Source: Acidobacteriaceae bacterium
Lineage (GTDB): Bacteria > Acidobacteriota > Terriglobia > Terriglobales > Acidobacteriaceae
Length of the DNA stretch: 64,000 nucleotides
NCBI GenBank assembly: GCA_036498835.1
Contig: DASYEV010000002.1
Span: 1,763-65,762 of the forward strand
Direction: 5' to 3'
Shown: positions 17,574-28,798 of the stretch, in pieces
How positions within the stretch are numbered: position 1 is the stretch's first letter
Layout: the number at the start of each line of letters is the position of its first letter
Program-made: the position numbers and the translations under genes
The notes under the pieces: generated by a model
What the model was told of the DNA's origin: nothing
The model's input: the letters and a program-made list of their open reading frames with translations, nothing else
Database searches by the model: none

Positions 17574-18818
17574 ATGGCCGTGGATATAAATACCGAGATG
17601 ACGACCCCGTCGACCGAATATGGTGGCGCCGAGCCTGCTCATGCACCCCGGGCGATCGAGCCTGCTCCGGCCCGTGGTCTCACACCGGGCATCTGGATTG
17701 GTTTGCTGGTGATTCTCGTCCTGCTGGGCGCGGCGGTTGTGTATGGGCTTTGGTCGCGTTCGACCGCGGAGAAAAAGCTGGTCGAGACCAGCAAGGACGC
17801 CGCGGTGCTGACCGTAAACATCACGCATCCGACGATCAACGGAACCCAGAGCGAAATCGCGCTGCCTGGCAATACGCAGGCGTTCAACGACACGCCCATC
17901 TACGCGCGGACCAACGGCTACCTGAAAGCGTTCTACGTCGATATCGGACAGCGCATCAACAAGGGCAAGCTGATGGCGACCATCGAAACGCCCGAAGTAG
18001 ACGAGCAGTTGCAGGTCGCCCAGGCGAACCTGAAGAGCGCGCAGGCGGACCTGGCGCTCGCCAACACCACCTCGGAGCGGTACCAGAACCTGTTGAAGCA
18101 GGACTCGGTATCGAAGCAGGAGACCGACGTTGCCATCAGCGGAGCCGCGGCTCATCAGGCTGCACTGGATGCGGCTGAAGCGAATGTGCGCCGCCTGCAG
18201 CAATTGCAGTCGTTTGAAAAGATCTATGCGCCGTTCAGCGGCGTGGTCACGGCTCGCAACACGGACATTGGCGCTCTGATCGATTCGGGTTCAGGCAGCG
18301 CGCAACCGCGCGATCTATTCCGCATTGCCTCGACGGATAAGCTGCGCGTCTTCGTGGCGGTGCCCGAAACTTACGCGCCCGCCATCCACAATGGCGATAC
18401 CGCAACGCTGACGTTGCAGGAATATCCGGGCCAGCAGTTCGTTGGCACAATTGCACGCAACTCCAATGCCATCGATATGACATCGCGCACGCTGAATGTT
18501 GAAGTCGATGTGAACAATGCGGACGGCAAGCTGCTCCCCGGCGCCTATGCGTTTGTGCACTTCAAGCTGCCGCAGCAGGTTCGCCAGCTTTCGGTTCCTG
18601 CAAATACCTTGCTGTTTCGCGCCGAAGGTCTGCGCGTGGGCGTGGTGCGTGACGGGCGCGTACACCTGCAACCGGTCACTATCGCCAAGGACAATGGGGC
18701 CACGCTGCAGATCGCTACGGGTCTTACAGCGAATGACGCCATCATCCTGGATCCCTCGGACTCGCTGGCGGAAGGTCAGTCCGTAGAGATCAGCAGCAAA
18801 CCTGTGGAGGTTCGATGA
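17574..18818 (+). CDS. RND periplasmic adaptor (membrane fusion protein)
   Basis: N-terminal TM, IYARTNGYL, helical hairpin, IYAPFSGVVT..N.DIG and LLPGAY. Confidence 0.92.
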   Translation: MAVDINTEMTTPSTEYGGAEPAHAPRAIEPAPARGLTPGIWIGLLVILVLLGAAVVYGLWSRSTAEKKLVETSKDAAVLTVNITHPTINGTQSEIALPGNTQAFNDTPIYARTNGYLKAFYVDIGQRINKGKLMATIETPEVDEQLQVAQANLKSAQADLALANTTSERYQNLLKQDSVSKQETDVAISGAAAHQAALDAAEANVRRLQQLQSFEKIYAPFSGVVTARNTDIGALIDSGSGSAQPRDLFRIASTDKLRVFVAVPETYAPAIHNGDTATLTLQEYPGQQFVGTIARNSNAIDMTSRTLNVEVDVNNADGKLLPGAYAFVHFKLPQQVRQLSVPANTLLFRAEGLRVGVVRDGRVHLQPVTIAKDNGATLQIATGLTANDAIILDPSDSLAEGQSVEISSKPVEVR

Positions 18819-20275
18819 AGCGCGCCGCTGCGGGCATGGCGCTGCTGACCGCGGCGCTGCTGGCTGGATGCCGTGTGGGCCCGAAGTATGTGGTGCCCGC
18901 AACTCCGGCGCCTCCTGCTTATAAAGAACTCGGCCCGGACGCGTTCAAGGAAACCGCCGAGTGGCAGCATGCGCACCCGGAAGATGCGATTCCGCGCGGC
19001 GCGTGGTGGACCATCTTCAACGATCCGCAACTCAACGCGCTGGAAACCCAGATCGAGACCGCGAATCAGACGCTTCGCCAGGCCGACGCCAACCTGCGCG
19101 CCGCCCGTGCGGAAATACGTGTGCGCAATGCCGACCGGTTTCCAACCGTAGGCGTTCAGCCCACGACAACCGGCAGCCGCTACAACCGGGGGGCGGCATA
19201 TTTCAATCCTTCCCCCGCGTATAGCGTGAGCTCCAACCTGCAGTCGCCGGTGGAGATTTCCTACGAAGTCGATCTCTGGGGACAGGTGCGGCGCAACATC
19301 GCTGCTGGAAAAGAAGAAGCCCAGGCGACGTTTGCCGATCGCGTCAACATTCTGCTGTCGCTGCAAACCGAACTGGCGCTGGACTACTTTGAGCTGCGCA
19401 CCGCGGACTCGCAGCAGAAGCTGTTGAACGATACCGTCGCGCAGTACCAGGACGCATTGCGCATCACCACCAACCGCTACAACGGTGGCATCGCGATCAA
19501 GGCCGACGTAACCCAGGCCCAGACGCAGCTTGAAGCGGCAGAGGTCCAGGCTTCCGATATCGCGGTGCAGCGCGCGCAGTTTGAGCATGCGATCGCCAAC
19601 CTGATCGGTAAAGCGCCGGCCGACCTGACCATTCCGTTTTCGCCTTTGGCTACGGACTCGCAGCCGCCTCCGGTGCCGGTGGGCTTGCCCTCGCAGTTGC
19701 TGGAGCGCAGGCCCGACATCGCGGCTTCGGAGCGGCGCGCACAGGAAGGCAACGAGGCGATCGGTATTGCCCAGGCTGCTTTCTATCCGGCGATTGTGCT
19801 CGGAGGCTCGCTCGGTTTCCAGAGCACGGCCACGGTGCAGTCGTTGTTTTCTCCAGCGAACGTGGTGTATTCGCTGGGCCCCGGGCTGGCGCAGACGTTT
19901 TTCGATGGTGGACGCCGCAAGGGTGTGAAGGAAGAAGCGCTCGCGCAGTTCGACCGCAACTCCGCGGACTACAAGCAGACTGTACTGAACGCCTTCCAGC
20001 AGGTGGAAGACAACCTGGTTGGGCTGCGCGTGCTTTCCACTGAAGCCCAACAACAGCATGCGGCAACCGCAGCGGCGCTGGAGTCGCAGCGCATTTTCAA
20101 CAACCGTTATGTCGGCGGCGTAGACACCTATCTTCAGGTGATTACCGCGCAGACGACGGCGCTGAACAACGAGCGCAACGAGATCGATATCCTGCGCCGC
20201 AGGATGGATTCGACCGTGCTGTTGGTGAAGGCAGTCGGCGGAGGTTGGGATCGCTCGCAGCTACCTCCGCAGTAA
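18815..20275 (+). CDS. Outer-membrane efflux lipoprotein (NodT/OprM family)
   Basis: Lipobox LAGC, WWTIFNDPQLNAL, YEVDLWG, LLERRPDIAASER and LVKAVGGGW. Confidence 0.92.
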   Translation: MKRAAAGMALLTAALLAGCRVGPKYVVPATPAPPAYKELGPDAFKETAEWQHAHPEDAIPRGAWWTIFNDPQLNALETQIETANQTLRQADANLRAARAEIRVRNADRFPTVGVQPTTTGSRYNRGAAYFNPSPAYSVSSNLQSPVEISYEVDLWGQVRRNIAAGKEEAQATFADRVNILLSLQTELALDYFELRTADSQQKLLNDTVAQYQDALRITTNRYNGGIAIKADVTQAQTQLEAAEVQASDIAVQRAQFEHAIANLIGKAPADLTIPFSPLATDSQPPPVPVGLPSQLLERRPDIAASERRAQEGNEAIGIAQAAFYPAIVLGGSLGFQSTATVQSLFSPANVVYSLGPGLAQTFFDGGRRKGVKEEALAQFDRNSADYKQTVLNAFQQVEDNLVGLRVLSTEAQQQHAATAAALESQRIFNNRYVGGVDTYLQVITAQTTALNNERNEIDILRRRMDSTVLLVKAVGGGWDRSQLPPQ

Positions 20276-20312
20276 GGCGGCAGGGAGCATGCATCACGAT
20301 TCGTGAGGGCAA

Positions 20313-20666
20313 GAACCGGAAGGGCCTGGTTTCAACCAGGCCGAAAACGGAGACCTGCGAATTCCTTCCACGCTGCCGCAGGCTGGAGTAAAGCCCGTAG
20401 GGCGTAACGACTGAATTGCCGTTCGCGGCTGATGGATGTGCCATGCGTTCTGTGTCGCGGCTGCGTATCTCGTTGCTCCAGGCCTTCGCGAGGTGTGCGG
20501 TACGAAGAGGTTCTTCGCTGGCTTCTGTCGGCATGGGCAGTCCGCACACTCGTGGAAGGCAATTCAGTCGTTACGCCCTGCGGGCTTCACTCAGGCCTGC
20601 CGGCAGCAAGGAACGTACGCACTTCGGCGTTCTTACGGCCTGGTTGAAACCAGGCCCTTCCGGTTC
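20313..20666. repeat. ~350-bp element with ~108-bp inverted arms (20313-20420 / 20558-20666), REPIN-like
   Basis: The outer GAACCGGAAGGGCCTGGTTTCAACCAGGCCG and inner GCCC.TAGGGCGTAACGACTGAATTGCC segments are mirrored in the right arm. Confidence 0.85.
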
Positions 20667-20740
20667 GTGTCTCATGACGGATGTTGCAGGCGTTCAGCGT
20701 CTGCCAAGCGGTGCGATAGAGTTTAGGCAGGTGGGGGTTC

Positions 20741-21874
20741 ATGCATCGATTCAATCCGTGTGCCTGGTTGCTGGCACTTTGCGTTCTTGGTGTTGGAGTT
20801 ATGCCTGCAACCGCCGCGACGGATGACAGCGTCGCTGCACGGCGTGCGGCGGTACTGCAACGCGGCGTGAATCTATCAGGATGGTTTGCCAGCAGCGGCG
20901 ATCTTTCGCCACAGCATTTCGATACCTACACGACACCCGCCGACCTGCAGCTCATCCACGATGCGGGCATGCAGAATGTCCGGCTGGGTGTCGACCCAGT
21001 TTTGTTCACGCAGCACGGATTGAACTCGGCTGAAAGCACGGCGGCCTTGGCGAGACTGGATCTCGCGATCGACGAGATTCTGCAGGCGGGCCTGGCGGTG
21101 CAGATCGTCGTATTCCCGCGCGACGACTACAAGCAGCAGCTTGCCAATCAGAAGGGCGTGGATGACTTTGTGATGCTGTGGCGCTTTCTGGCCGGGCATT
21201 TTGCACATCGTGATCCGGAGCGCGTGTTCTTCGAGCTGATGAACGAGCCCGAGGTTAACGACCCCTATCGCTGGATGGGCATCCAGGCCACCGTGGTGGA
21301 TGCGATTCGCAAGGTGGATGGGGTTCACACCATCATCGCCACGGCGGCGCACTATTCAGGTCTGGGCGATCTGCTGGTGCTGCAGCCGGTGAATGACGCC
21401 AACGTGATCTATAACTTCCATTTCTACGAGCCGTACCCGTTCACCCACCAGGGAGCGACATGGGGCAGCTCAGAGTGGAACTACTTCCACGACATCCCGT
21501 ACCCGGCCACCCCGGAAACTCTGAAGTCGGCCATGTCGGGTGTGCAGGACGATTCCGCGCGCAACGTCCTGTTCCAGTACGGCGCCGCCGGCTGGAATCA
21601 GCAGACCATGCTGGCGCGGCTGCAGTTCGCCCGTGACTGGGCAGACGAGCACCATGTTCCATTGATTTGCAACGAATTCGGCGCGTACCGCGATACGGCG
21701 CCCGCAGACTCCCGTGTGAGGTACATCCACGATGTGCGCAGCGATCTGGAGCATCTTCACATTGGCTGGGCAATGTGGGACTATCGAGGGAATTTCGGCA
21801 TGGTAGCGCGGACCGGGCCGGTGCCAGTGCCGGATGAAAGAATTTTCGGGGCACTGGGGCTGACAACGCGGTAA
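20741..21874 (+). CDS. Secreted glycoside hydrolase family 5 (cellulase superfamily)
   Basis: Signal peptide, RGVNL, FELMNEP (acid/base), YNFHFYEP.PFTHQGA.W, ICNEFG (nucleophile) and IGWAMWDY. Confidence 0.88.
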   Translation: MHRFNPCAWLLALCVLGVGVMPATAATDDSVAARRAAVLQRGVNLSGWFASSGDLSPQHFDTYTTPADLQLIHDAGMQNVRLGVDPVLFTQHGLNSAESTAALARLDLAIDEILQAGLAVQIVVFPRDDYKQQLANQKGVDDFVMLWRFLAGHFAHRDPERVFFELMNEPEVNDPYRWMGIQATVVDAIRKVDGVHTIIATAAHYSGLGDLLVLQPVNDANVIYNFHFYEPYPFTHQGATWGSSEWNYFHDIPYPATPETLKSAMSGVQDDSARNVLFQYGAAGWNQQTMLARLQFARDWADEHHVPLICNEFGAYRDTAPADSRVRYIHDVRSDLEHLHIGWAMWDYRGNFGMVARTGPVPVPDERIFGALGLTTR

Positions 21875-21949
21875 TCAGTGATGCGGAATGTTGGTTGGCT
21901 GCGAACGGTGGATCCAGACAGAAGCGAAAACGCGACTTTTGCTAGTGGG

Positions 21950-22168
21950 TCAGTTTGAATTTGATTGCAGACCCAGGTAGCGTCGCCCATTCCTGATCGC
22001 ATCAGCCACTAACATCAGTGCAATCAGGATGCCGACAATGGCGGGGCCATAGAACATCCAGGTAGGCCACCCGAACTGTGGGAGGAAGAACTGTCTAATA
22101 CCGACAACCAGCAAATAGGCGGCTATGAGCAGCTCAATCACTATTCTGAACATCACTTTCTTGTTCAT
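21950..22168 (-). CDS. Small hypothetical membrane protein (72 aa, two TM helices)
   Basis: Fills the gap between the GH5 gene and purF. Two hydrophobic stretches and a basic N-terminus. Confidence 0.55.
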   Translation of the reverse strand: MNKKVMFRIVIELLIAAYLLVVGIRQFFLPQFGWPTWMFYGPAIVGILIALMLVADAIRNGRRYLGLQSNSN

Positions 22169-22386
22169 GCCGACATGCTACCGCATCACATCTGTCGGAA
22201 CTGGAACCTCCGCGCTTCTTGGCTAGGCCCGGGTATTTGACCTACGACTGTCGAGACTTGATTTCAAACTGACCCCCCTTCCTGACTTTTCCTCACCGGA
22301 CATGAGACCATAGAGTTGGTGTTTTACGTTCCGGGGCCGCTTTTTCGCTCCGGGCAACGGTCGTCTCAAACAGGCAGCGAGGCAGA

Positions 22387-23898
22387 ATGTGCGGCATTGT
22401 CGGGGTCTTTGGACATAGCCCTGTAAGCCATGTGATTTATGAATCGCTCTCCATGCTCCAGCACCGTGGGCAGGATGCGGCCGGCATTGCTACATGCTTC
22501 GGCGAGCGGTTCTATCTTCATAAGGGCAATGGTCTTTTGACCGATGTCTTCGACGCCGGCAACATGGCCCGGCTGCTCGGCAATATGGGTATCGGCCACG
22601 TGCGTTATCCGACCGCAGGCTGCGCGTCGGTGGCGGAAGCCCAGCCGTTTTATGTGAATTCACCGCACGGCATCGTATTTGCTCACAACGGTAACCTCAC
22701 CAATGTTTCGGAAATCGTCGACAGCCTGTTCAAGACCGACCTCCGGCATCTGAACACGTCTTCAGATTCCGAGGTCATGCTGAACGTCTTCGCCCATGCC
22801 ATGACGCGGCGCGCGATGGTGACGCCCAATGAGCTGGATATCTTTGCCGCTGTCGAGGAAGTGCATCGCCGCTGCAAGGGCGGATACGCTGTGGTGGTGA
22901 TGATCGCCGGTGTGGGTATGGTGGCGTTCCGCGACCTGCATGGCATCCGCCCCCTGGTATTCGGCACGCGCGTGGAAAACGGCAAGACCGATTACATGAT
23001 CGCGTCCGAAAGCGTGGCCTTACAGGTCGCAGGCTTCAATATCGATCACGATCTTGCTCCGGGCGAAGTGGTCTTCATCGATATGGAAGGCGAGCTGCAT
23101 TCTCACTTGAGCCTGCTGGCGCATGAGAAGGCTCCCTGCATGTTCGAGTTCGTCTATCTGGCGCGGCCTGATTCCGTGCTTGATGGCGCCTCGGTCTATG
23201 AGGCTCGCATCAACATGGGCGCGAAGCTCGCGGCCAAGATCAAGCGCGAGTGGGCGCATCTCAAAATCGATGTGGTGGTGCCCATCCCATCGACCAGCCG
23301 CGTGGCTGCGCAGGAAATGGCGACGGTCCTGAACCTGCCCTATCGCGATGCGCTTGTACGCAACCGCTACGTGGGGCGCACGTTCATCATGCCGGGGCAG
23401 GCACAGCGCAGGCAGTCCATCCGCCGCAAGCTGAACCCGATTCCCCATGCATTCCAGGGCAAGAACGTGTTGCTGGTCGACGACTCGATTGTGCGCGGCA
23501 ACACCATCAAGGAAATCATTGCCATGGTCCGTGAGCAGGGCGCGAAGCATGTGTACGTATGCTCTGCTGCTCCTCCGGTGCTGTTTCCCAACGTGTACGG
23601 CATCGATATGCCGGCACGCTCGGAGCTGATTGCAAACGGCAAGGATATTCGCCAGCTTGCGGATCTCATCGGCGCCGACGAATTGATCTTCCAGGATTTG
23701 CAGGACCTGAAAGATGCTGTCACCGCAGCGTGCCCCGATCTGAAAGACTTTGACACATCCGTCTTCGATGGCCGTTATGTGACGGGTGATGTGACCGAAG
23801 AGTACCTTGCAACGCTGGAAAAGCAACGGAACGATGCCGCTAAGCACACAGAAGATGTCGCCAGCCATATCTCCAGAAACCTCTCCGCGCACCTCTGA
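22387..23898 (+). CDS. purF: Amidophosphoribosyltransferase (E. coli type, no propeptide)
   Basis: MCGIV (N-terminal nucleophile Cys), [36 protein letters not shown] and [13 protein letters not shown]. Confidence 0.96.
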   Translation: MCGIVGVFGHSPVSHVIYESLSMLQHRGQDAAGIATCFGERFYLHKGNGLLTDVFDAGNMARLLGNMGIGHVRYPTAGCASVAEAQPFYVNSPHGIVFAHNGNLTNVSEIVDSLFKTDLRHLNTSSDSEVMLNVFAHAMTRRAMVTPNELDIFAAVEEVHRRCKGGYAVVVMIAGVGMVAFRDLHGIRPLVFGTRVENGKTDYMIASESVALQVAGFNIDHDLAPGEVVFIDMEGELHSHLSLLAHEKAPCMFEFVYLARPDSVLDGASVYEARINMGAKLAAKIKREWAHLKIDVVVPIPSTSRVAAQEMATVLNLPYRDALVRNRYVGRTFIMPGQAQRRQSIRRKLNPIPHAFQGKNVLLVDDSIVRGNTIKEIIAMVREQGAKHVYVCSAAPPVLFPNVYGIDMPARSELIANGKDIRQLADLIGADELIFQDLQDLKDAVTAACPDLKDFDTSVFDGRYVTGDVTEEYLATLEKQRNDAAKHTEDVASHISRNLSAHL

Positions 23899-23911
23899 AA
23901 ACGGTGTAACG

Positions 23912-26900
23912 GTGAGGCTGCTGCCTGGTCAGGCAGCACTGACCTCCTTTGAAGCCGCACGCCTCGCCGACAAGCTGCGTTCGCTGGACCCCGGCGTGCG
24001 CTCGGTGGACGCCCACTATCTCTACCTGCTTGCACTCCCCGAAGGCGCGGCGTCTCTGGATGCCGTAGACGAGCAACGCCTCGCCGAGCTTCTGGAGACG
24101 GGCGATGACATTCCCGCGGGTCCAAGTGTTTGGATAGCCCCGCGTACCGGTACGCAGTCGCCGTGGTCCAGCAAGGCAACCGACATCCTGCACAACACGG
24201 GCTTTGAGAGCGTTATGCGCATCGAACGTGCGCGCGTGGTGCGGATTGAGGGTGCAAGCGATGTGCGTGTGCTGGCAGGCGCCTTGCATGACCGCATGAC
24301 GGAAAGCGTGTTCTTCTCTGGCGCTGACGAACTGCGTGCTCTGTTTGCTCCACGGCATGGAAAGCCTTTGGCTCACATCGATGTGTTGGGTGAAGGCGCG
24401 GATGCGATTGCGAAGGCTGATCGCGATCTGGGCCTTTCGCTGGCAGCGGATGAAATCAACTATCTGGTCGCGGAGTTTCAGCGTTTGGGGCGCAATCCAA
24501 CCGATGTTGAGCTGTACATGTTCGCGCAGGCCAACAGCGAGCATTGCCGCCACAAAATCTTCAACGCGCAGTGGACCGTAGACGGCGTGAAGCAGGAACG
24601 CTCACTGTTCGGCATGATCCGCAATACGTATGAAACGCACAGCGAAGGCGTGCTTTCCGCGTACCGCGACAACGCGGCGGTGATGGAAGGTTGGCGCGGC
24701 GGGCGGTTCTTCCCCGAGCCTGGTGATGGGACGTATCGCTATCACCAGGAAGACATCGCCATCCTGATGAAGGTGGAAACCCACAACCACCCCACGGCAA
24801 TTTCGCCCTGGCCAGGCGCGGCCACGGGTTCAGGTGGAGAGATTCGAGATGAAGGGGCAACAGGCCGAGGCGGCAAGCCCAAGGCAGGGTTGAGTGGATT
24901 CACGGTTTCGAATTTGAACCTGCCCCAGGCGCCGCAGCCGTGGGAAAAGCACTACGGCAAGCCCGCGCACATCGCATCGCCGCTCGACATCATGATTGAA
25001 GGGCCGCTGGGTGCGGCGGCGTTCAACAACGAGTTCGGACGGCCCAATCTCTGCGGCTACTTCCGTACCTACGAGCAGTCGAGCGAAGGCCAGGTCTTCG
25101 GATATCACAAGCCCATCATGCTGGCAGGCGGCCTGGGCAACATTCGCAAGGAGCACGTTGAAAAGGGCACCATGAAGCCCGGATATGCCCTGGTGGTTCT
25201 GGGCGGTCCCGCGATGCTGATTGGTCTCGGAGGCGGTGCGGCCTCAAGCCAGGCAGGCGGCGGAAGCGGCAGCACGGATCTCGACTTCGCTTCCGTGCAG
25301 CGTGACAACGCGGAGATGGAGCGGCGAGCGCAGGAAGTCATCGATCACTGCTGGCAGCGTGGCGAGAAGAATCCGATTGCCTTCATTCATGACGTAGGCG
25401 CAGGTGGTCTGTCGAATGCGTTTCCTGAGCTGGTCAAAGATGGAGGCTGCGGTGGCACGTTTGATCTGCGTGCGATTCCACGTGGTGAAGAAGGCTTGAG
25501 CCCGCTTGAAACATGGTGCAACGAGGCGCAGGAGCGCTATGTGCTGGCGATTGCGCCCGACGATCTCCCGCTGTTTGAAGAGCTTTGCGCACGTGAACGC
25601 TGTCCGTTTGCGGTGATCGGCCATGCACAGAGTGAACCACACCTGACGCTCACTGATGGGGCGGAGAAGCCGATCGATCTCCCGCTGCAGGTATTGTTCG
25701 GCAAACCACCCAAGATGGAGCGGGCGTTTCAACGGGAGACGGCTGTTGTCTCAGCGCTCGACTGGAGTGGAGTAACAGTCGAAGACGCAGTGGAGCGTTT
25801 GCTGCGGCTGCCGGCGGTTGCGTCGAAATCGTTTCTCATCACGATCGGCGACCGCAGTGTCGGTGGCATGGTCGTGCAGGACCAGATGGTGGGGCCATGG
25901 CAAGTGCCGGTTGCCGACTGCGCTGTAACACTGTCCGCGTATGACGTGACCACCGGCGAAGCGATGGCCGTTGGCGAACGCACGCCCCTGGCAGTGACAG
26001 ACGCTGCGGCATCCGCACGCATGGCCGTGGGCGAGGTTGTGACCAACCTTGCGGGAGCGGCAATCGGCCAGCTTTCCGAGATCAAGCTTTCCGCCAACTG
26101 GATGGCCGCGGCTGGGCAGGGCAGGGAAGACCAGAAGCTCTTCGATGCGGTTCATGCGGTCGGCATGGAATTTTGTCCCGCGCTTGGACTGACGATTCCC
26201 GTCGGCAAAGATTCCATGTCGATGAAGACGCGCTGGCGCGATGGCGAAGACGACAGGTCGGTGATCGCGCCACTCTCGCTGATCATTTCTGGTTTTGCTC
26301 CGGTTGAAGATGTGCGCCGCACCTTGACGCCGCAGGTCACACAGGATGAGAACGCGCTGTTGCTGATTGATCTGGGCGAAGGCCGCAATCGTCTTGGAGG
26401 CTCGGCGCTCGCGCAGGTGTATGGGCAGGCCGGCGGCGAATGTCCGGACGCGCCCGAACCCGCGGTTTTGTCGCGCTTCTTTGCGGCGGTCCAGAAACTC
26501 AATCGCGAAGGAAAGCTCCTCGCGTATCACGACCGCAGCGACGGCGGATTGTTGGTCACGTTGGTGGAAATGGCCTTCGCCGGGCATACCGGTCTGGAGA
26601 TTGATCTTGCTGCGGCTTCTGGCGAGGGCGGGGTGCTCGCGCAGTTGTTCAGCGAAGAGTTGGGTGCGGTGGTCCAGGTTCGAGCAGACGAAGCGGACGC
26701 GATCCGCGCTGAACTGGAGAGCGCCGGCTTACATGCCGTTTCCGTTGGCCGAGCCGTGGTTGGGAATGACGCGGTCTTCTCGGCGGGTGGTGATGTTTTG
26801 TACCGGAGCACACGCTCAGGTCTGCAGAAAATCTGGGCGGAGACCAGCTTCCATATTCAGTCCCTGCGCGATAACCCGGAGAGCGCTCGGCAGGAGTTTG

Positions 26901-27736
26901 CCCTGCTGGAGCAGGTTGACCGGCCCGGGCTGTCGGTGACCGTTCCTTTCGATCTTGAGGAACGTGTGAGCGCGCCCTTCATGCATACGCAGCGGCCCAG
27001 AGTTGCCGTGCTGCGCGAGCAAGGCGTGAACGGCCAGGTTGAAATGGCTGCGGCATTCGATCGCGCTGGATTTACCGCGGTCGACGTCCACATGAGCGAC
27101 CTGCTGGCTGGGCGCGTGCATCTCCGCGATTTCAGCGGACTGGCGGCATGCGGCGGATTTTCCTATGGCGATGTGCTCGGCGCCGGCAGCGGATGGGCCA
27201 AGACCATCCTGTTCAACGCTCAGTTGAAAGACCAGTTCACCGAGTTCTTCCAACGCGACAACACATTTTCGTTGGGCGTATGCAATGGATGCCAGATGAT
27301 GGCGCAACTGCGCGACATTGTCCCCGGTGCTTCCGCTTGGCCCAGCTTCAAACGCAACACGTCCTCCCGCTATGAGGCACGGCTGTGCATGGTCGAGCTA
27401 CCGCACACGGCGTCGCTGTTCTTTGAGGGCATGGCAGGTTCGCGGGTTCCGATTGTGGTCGCCCACGGCGAAGGGCATGCAAGCGCGGAAGCTCCGGAGG
27501 CGATGATCGCGATGCGTTTCATCGATGGGTACGGACGGGTAACGCAGCACTATCCGTTGAACCCGAACGGATCGCCGAAGGGAATTGCGGGATTGACGAG
27601 CGAGGATGGGCGCGCTCTGATTGTGATGCCGCATCCTGAACGCGTTCATCTCGGTGTGCAGCACACGTGGACGCGCGCCTTGCGGGAAAGCCCCTGGCAG
27701 CGCATGTTCGACAACGCGCGCAAATGGGTGGGATAA
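23912..27736 (+). CDS. purL: Phosphoribosylformylglycinamidine synthase, large single-chain type
   Basis: About 1274 aa from GTG 23912. [40 protein letters not shown] and a fused glutaminase with GVCNGCQ and MPHPER. Confidence 0.96.
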   Translation: MRLLPGQAALTSFEAARLADKLRSLDPGVRSVDAHYLYLLALPEGAASLDAVDEQRLAELLETGDDIPAGPSVWIAPRTGTQSPWSSKATDILHNTGFESVMRIERARVVRIEGASDVRVLAGALHDRMTESVFFSGADELRALFAPRHGKPLAHIDVLGEGADAIAKADRDLGLSLAADEINYLVAEFQRLGRNPTDVELYMFAQANSEHCRHKIFNAQWTVDGVKQERSLFGMIRNTYETHSEGVLSAYRDNAAVMEGWRGGRFFPEPGDGTYRYHQEDIAILMKVETHNHPTAISPWPGAATGSGGEIRDEGATGRGGKPKAGLSGFTVSNLNLPQAPQPWEKHYGKPAHIASPLDIMIEGPLGAAAFNNEFGRPNLCGYFRTYEQSSEGQVFGYHKPIMLAGGLGNIRKEHVEKGTMKPGYALVVLGGPAMLIGLGGGAASSQAGGGSGSTDLDFASVQRDNAEMERRAQEVIDHCWQRGEKNPIAFIHDVGAGGLSNAFPELVKDGGCGGTFDLRAIPRGEEGLSPLETWCNEAQERYVLAIAPDDLPLFEELCARERCPFAVIGHAQSEPHLTLTDGAEKPIDLPLQVLFGKPPKMERAFQRETAVVSALDWSGVTVEDAVERLLRLPAVASKSFLITIGDRSVGGMVVQDQMVGPWQVPVADCAVTLSAYDVTTGEAMAVGERTPLAVTDAAASARMAVGEVVTNLAGAAIGQLSEIKLSANWMAAAGQGREDQKLFDAVHAVGMEFCPALGLTIPVGKDSMSMKTRWRDGEDDRSVIAPLSLIISGFAPVEDVRRTLTPQVTQDENALLLIDLGEGRNRLGGSALAQVYGQAGGECPDAPEPAVLSRFFAAVQKLNREGKLLAYHDRSDGGLLVTLVEMAFAGHTGLEIDLAAASGEGGVLAQLFSEELGAVVQVRADEADAIRAELESAGLHAVSVGRAVVGNDAVFSAGGDVLYRSTRSGLQKIWAETSFHIQSLRDNPESARQEFALLEQVDRPGLSVTVPFDLEERVSAPFMHTQRPRVAVLREQGVNGQVEMAAAFDRAGFTAVDVHMSDLLAGRVHLRDFSGLAACGGFSYGDVLGAGSGWAKTILFNAQLKDQFTEFFQRDNTFSLGVCNGCQMMAQLRDIVPGASAWPSFKRNTSSRYEARLCMVELPHTASLFFEGMAGSRVPIVVAHGEGHASAEAPEAMIAMRFIDGYGRVTQHYPLNPNGSPKGIAGLTSEDGRALIVMPHPERVHLGVQHTWTRALRESPWQRMFDNARKWVG

Positions 27737-27739
27737 GAC

Positions 27740-28798
27740 ATGAGTGAAACGATCGACTACAAGTCCGCGGGAGTGGACATTGAAGCAGGGAATGAAGCCG
27801 TCCGGCGCATGAAGCAGCATGTGGCCAAAACTCACCAGATCCACGGCTCCGCCGTGATCTCAGGGCTCGGTTCCTTTGGCACGCTGTTCTCGCTGAAAGA
27901 TGCGCTCGCAGGATTGAACGATCCGGTCATGGTGCAGAGCACGGACGGCGTCGGCACCAAGACCAAGGTGACGGTGATGGCTGGGCGTTATGAAGCGCTG
28001 GGCCGCGACCTGGTCGCCGCGGTTGCCGGCGACATCGCGGTGATGGGTGCGAAGCCGCTGACCTTCCTCGACTACCTTGGCCTGCACAAAACCGATCCGG
28101 CCATCGTGGAGCAGCTGGTGAAGGGCATGAGCGAAGCCTGCGCGGAAGCGGGCATTGCCCTGGTTGGTGGCGAGACCGCGGAGATGCCCGCCGTGTACTC
28201 GGAGGGCGAGCTCGACGTGGTTGGCTTTGTCACCGGTGTGGTGGAGCGCGAGAAGCTGATCACAGGCGCTGCGATCGCTTCGGGCGATGTGCTGTATGGC
28301 GTGAGTTCCAGCGGCCTGCATACCAACGGCTGGTCGCTGGCTCGCAAGCTCTTCTTCGAGATTGGCGGATACAAGATCGATGACGCTCCGGAAGAGCTTG
28401 GCGGCGCGACGCTTGCGGATGTCCTGCTGGAACCTCATGCGAATTATGTGATGGCGATTCGCCGCGCGCTTGATGCCGGGACTGCGATCAAGGGCATGGC
28501 GCATATCACCGGTGGTGGTCTGGTCGAGAACGTACCGCGCGTTCTGCCTGAAGGTCTGGGCGCGGTGGTCGAGCGCAAGACATGGACACCGCAGCCGGTG
28601 TTTGGCATGATGCAGCGGCTCGGCAATATCGGCGTTGAAGAGATGCACCGCGTCTTCAATATGGGTGTGGGCCTGGTTGTCATCGGTGAACCGGGTCTGC
28701 TGGATGGACTTCAGGCAGCGATGACGCCGTTCCGCGTGTGGGAGCTAGGACGAGTGGAAGCCGGTCTCGAAGGCGTGCTTTTGAAGGAGGTAGAGTGA
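27740..28798 (+). CDS. purM: AIR synthase (phosphoribosylformylglycinamidine cyclo-ligase)
   Basis: DYKSAGVDIEAGN, TDGVGTK, GGETAEMP, SSGLHTNG, AHITGGGL and FNMGVG. Confidence 0.96.
   Translation: MSETIDYKSAGVDIEAGNEAVRRMKQHVAKTHQIHGSAVISGLGSFGTLFSLKDALAGLNDPVMVQSTDGVGTKTKVTVMAGRYEALGRDLVAAVAGDIAVMGAKPLTFLDYLGLHKTDPAIVEQLVKGMSEACAEAGIALVGGETAEMPAVYSEGELDVVGFVTGVVEREKLITGAAIASGDVLYGVSSSGLHTNGWSLARKLFFEIGGYKIDDAPEELGGATLADVLLEPHANYVMAIRRALDAGTAIKGMAHITGGGLVENVPRVLPEGLGAVVERKTWTPQPVFGMMQRLGNIGVEEMHRVFNMGVGLVVIGEPGLLDGLQAAMTPFRVWELGRVEAGLEGVLLKEVE

Noticed and set aside
22200-22386. ZTP, purine or PRPP riboswitch upstream of purF
   Set aside because: The conserved cores (for example GACUGG...CGCCUGGGC for ZTP) are not present. 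Only a generic hairpin remains, reported as a low-confidence finding.
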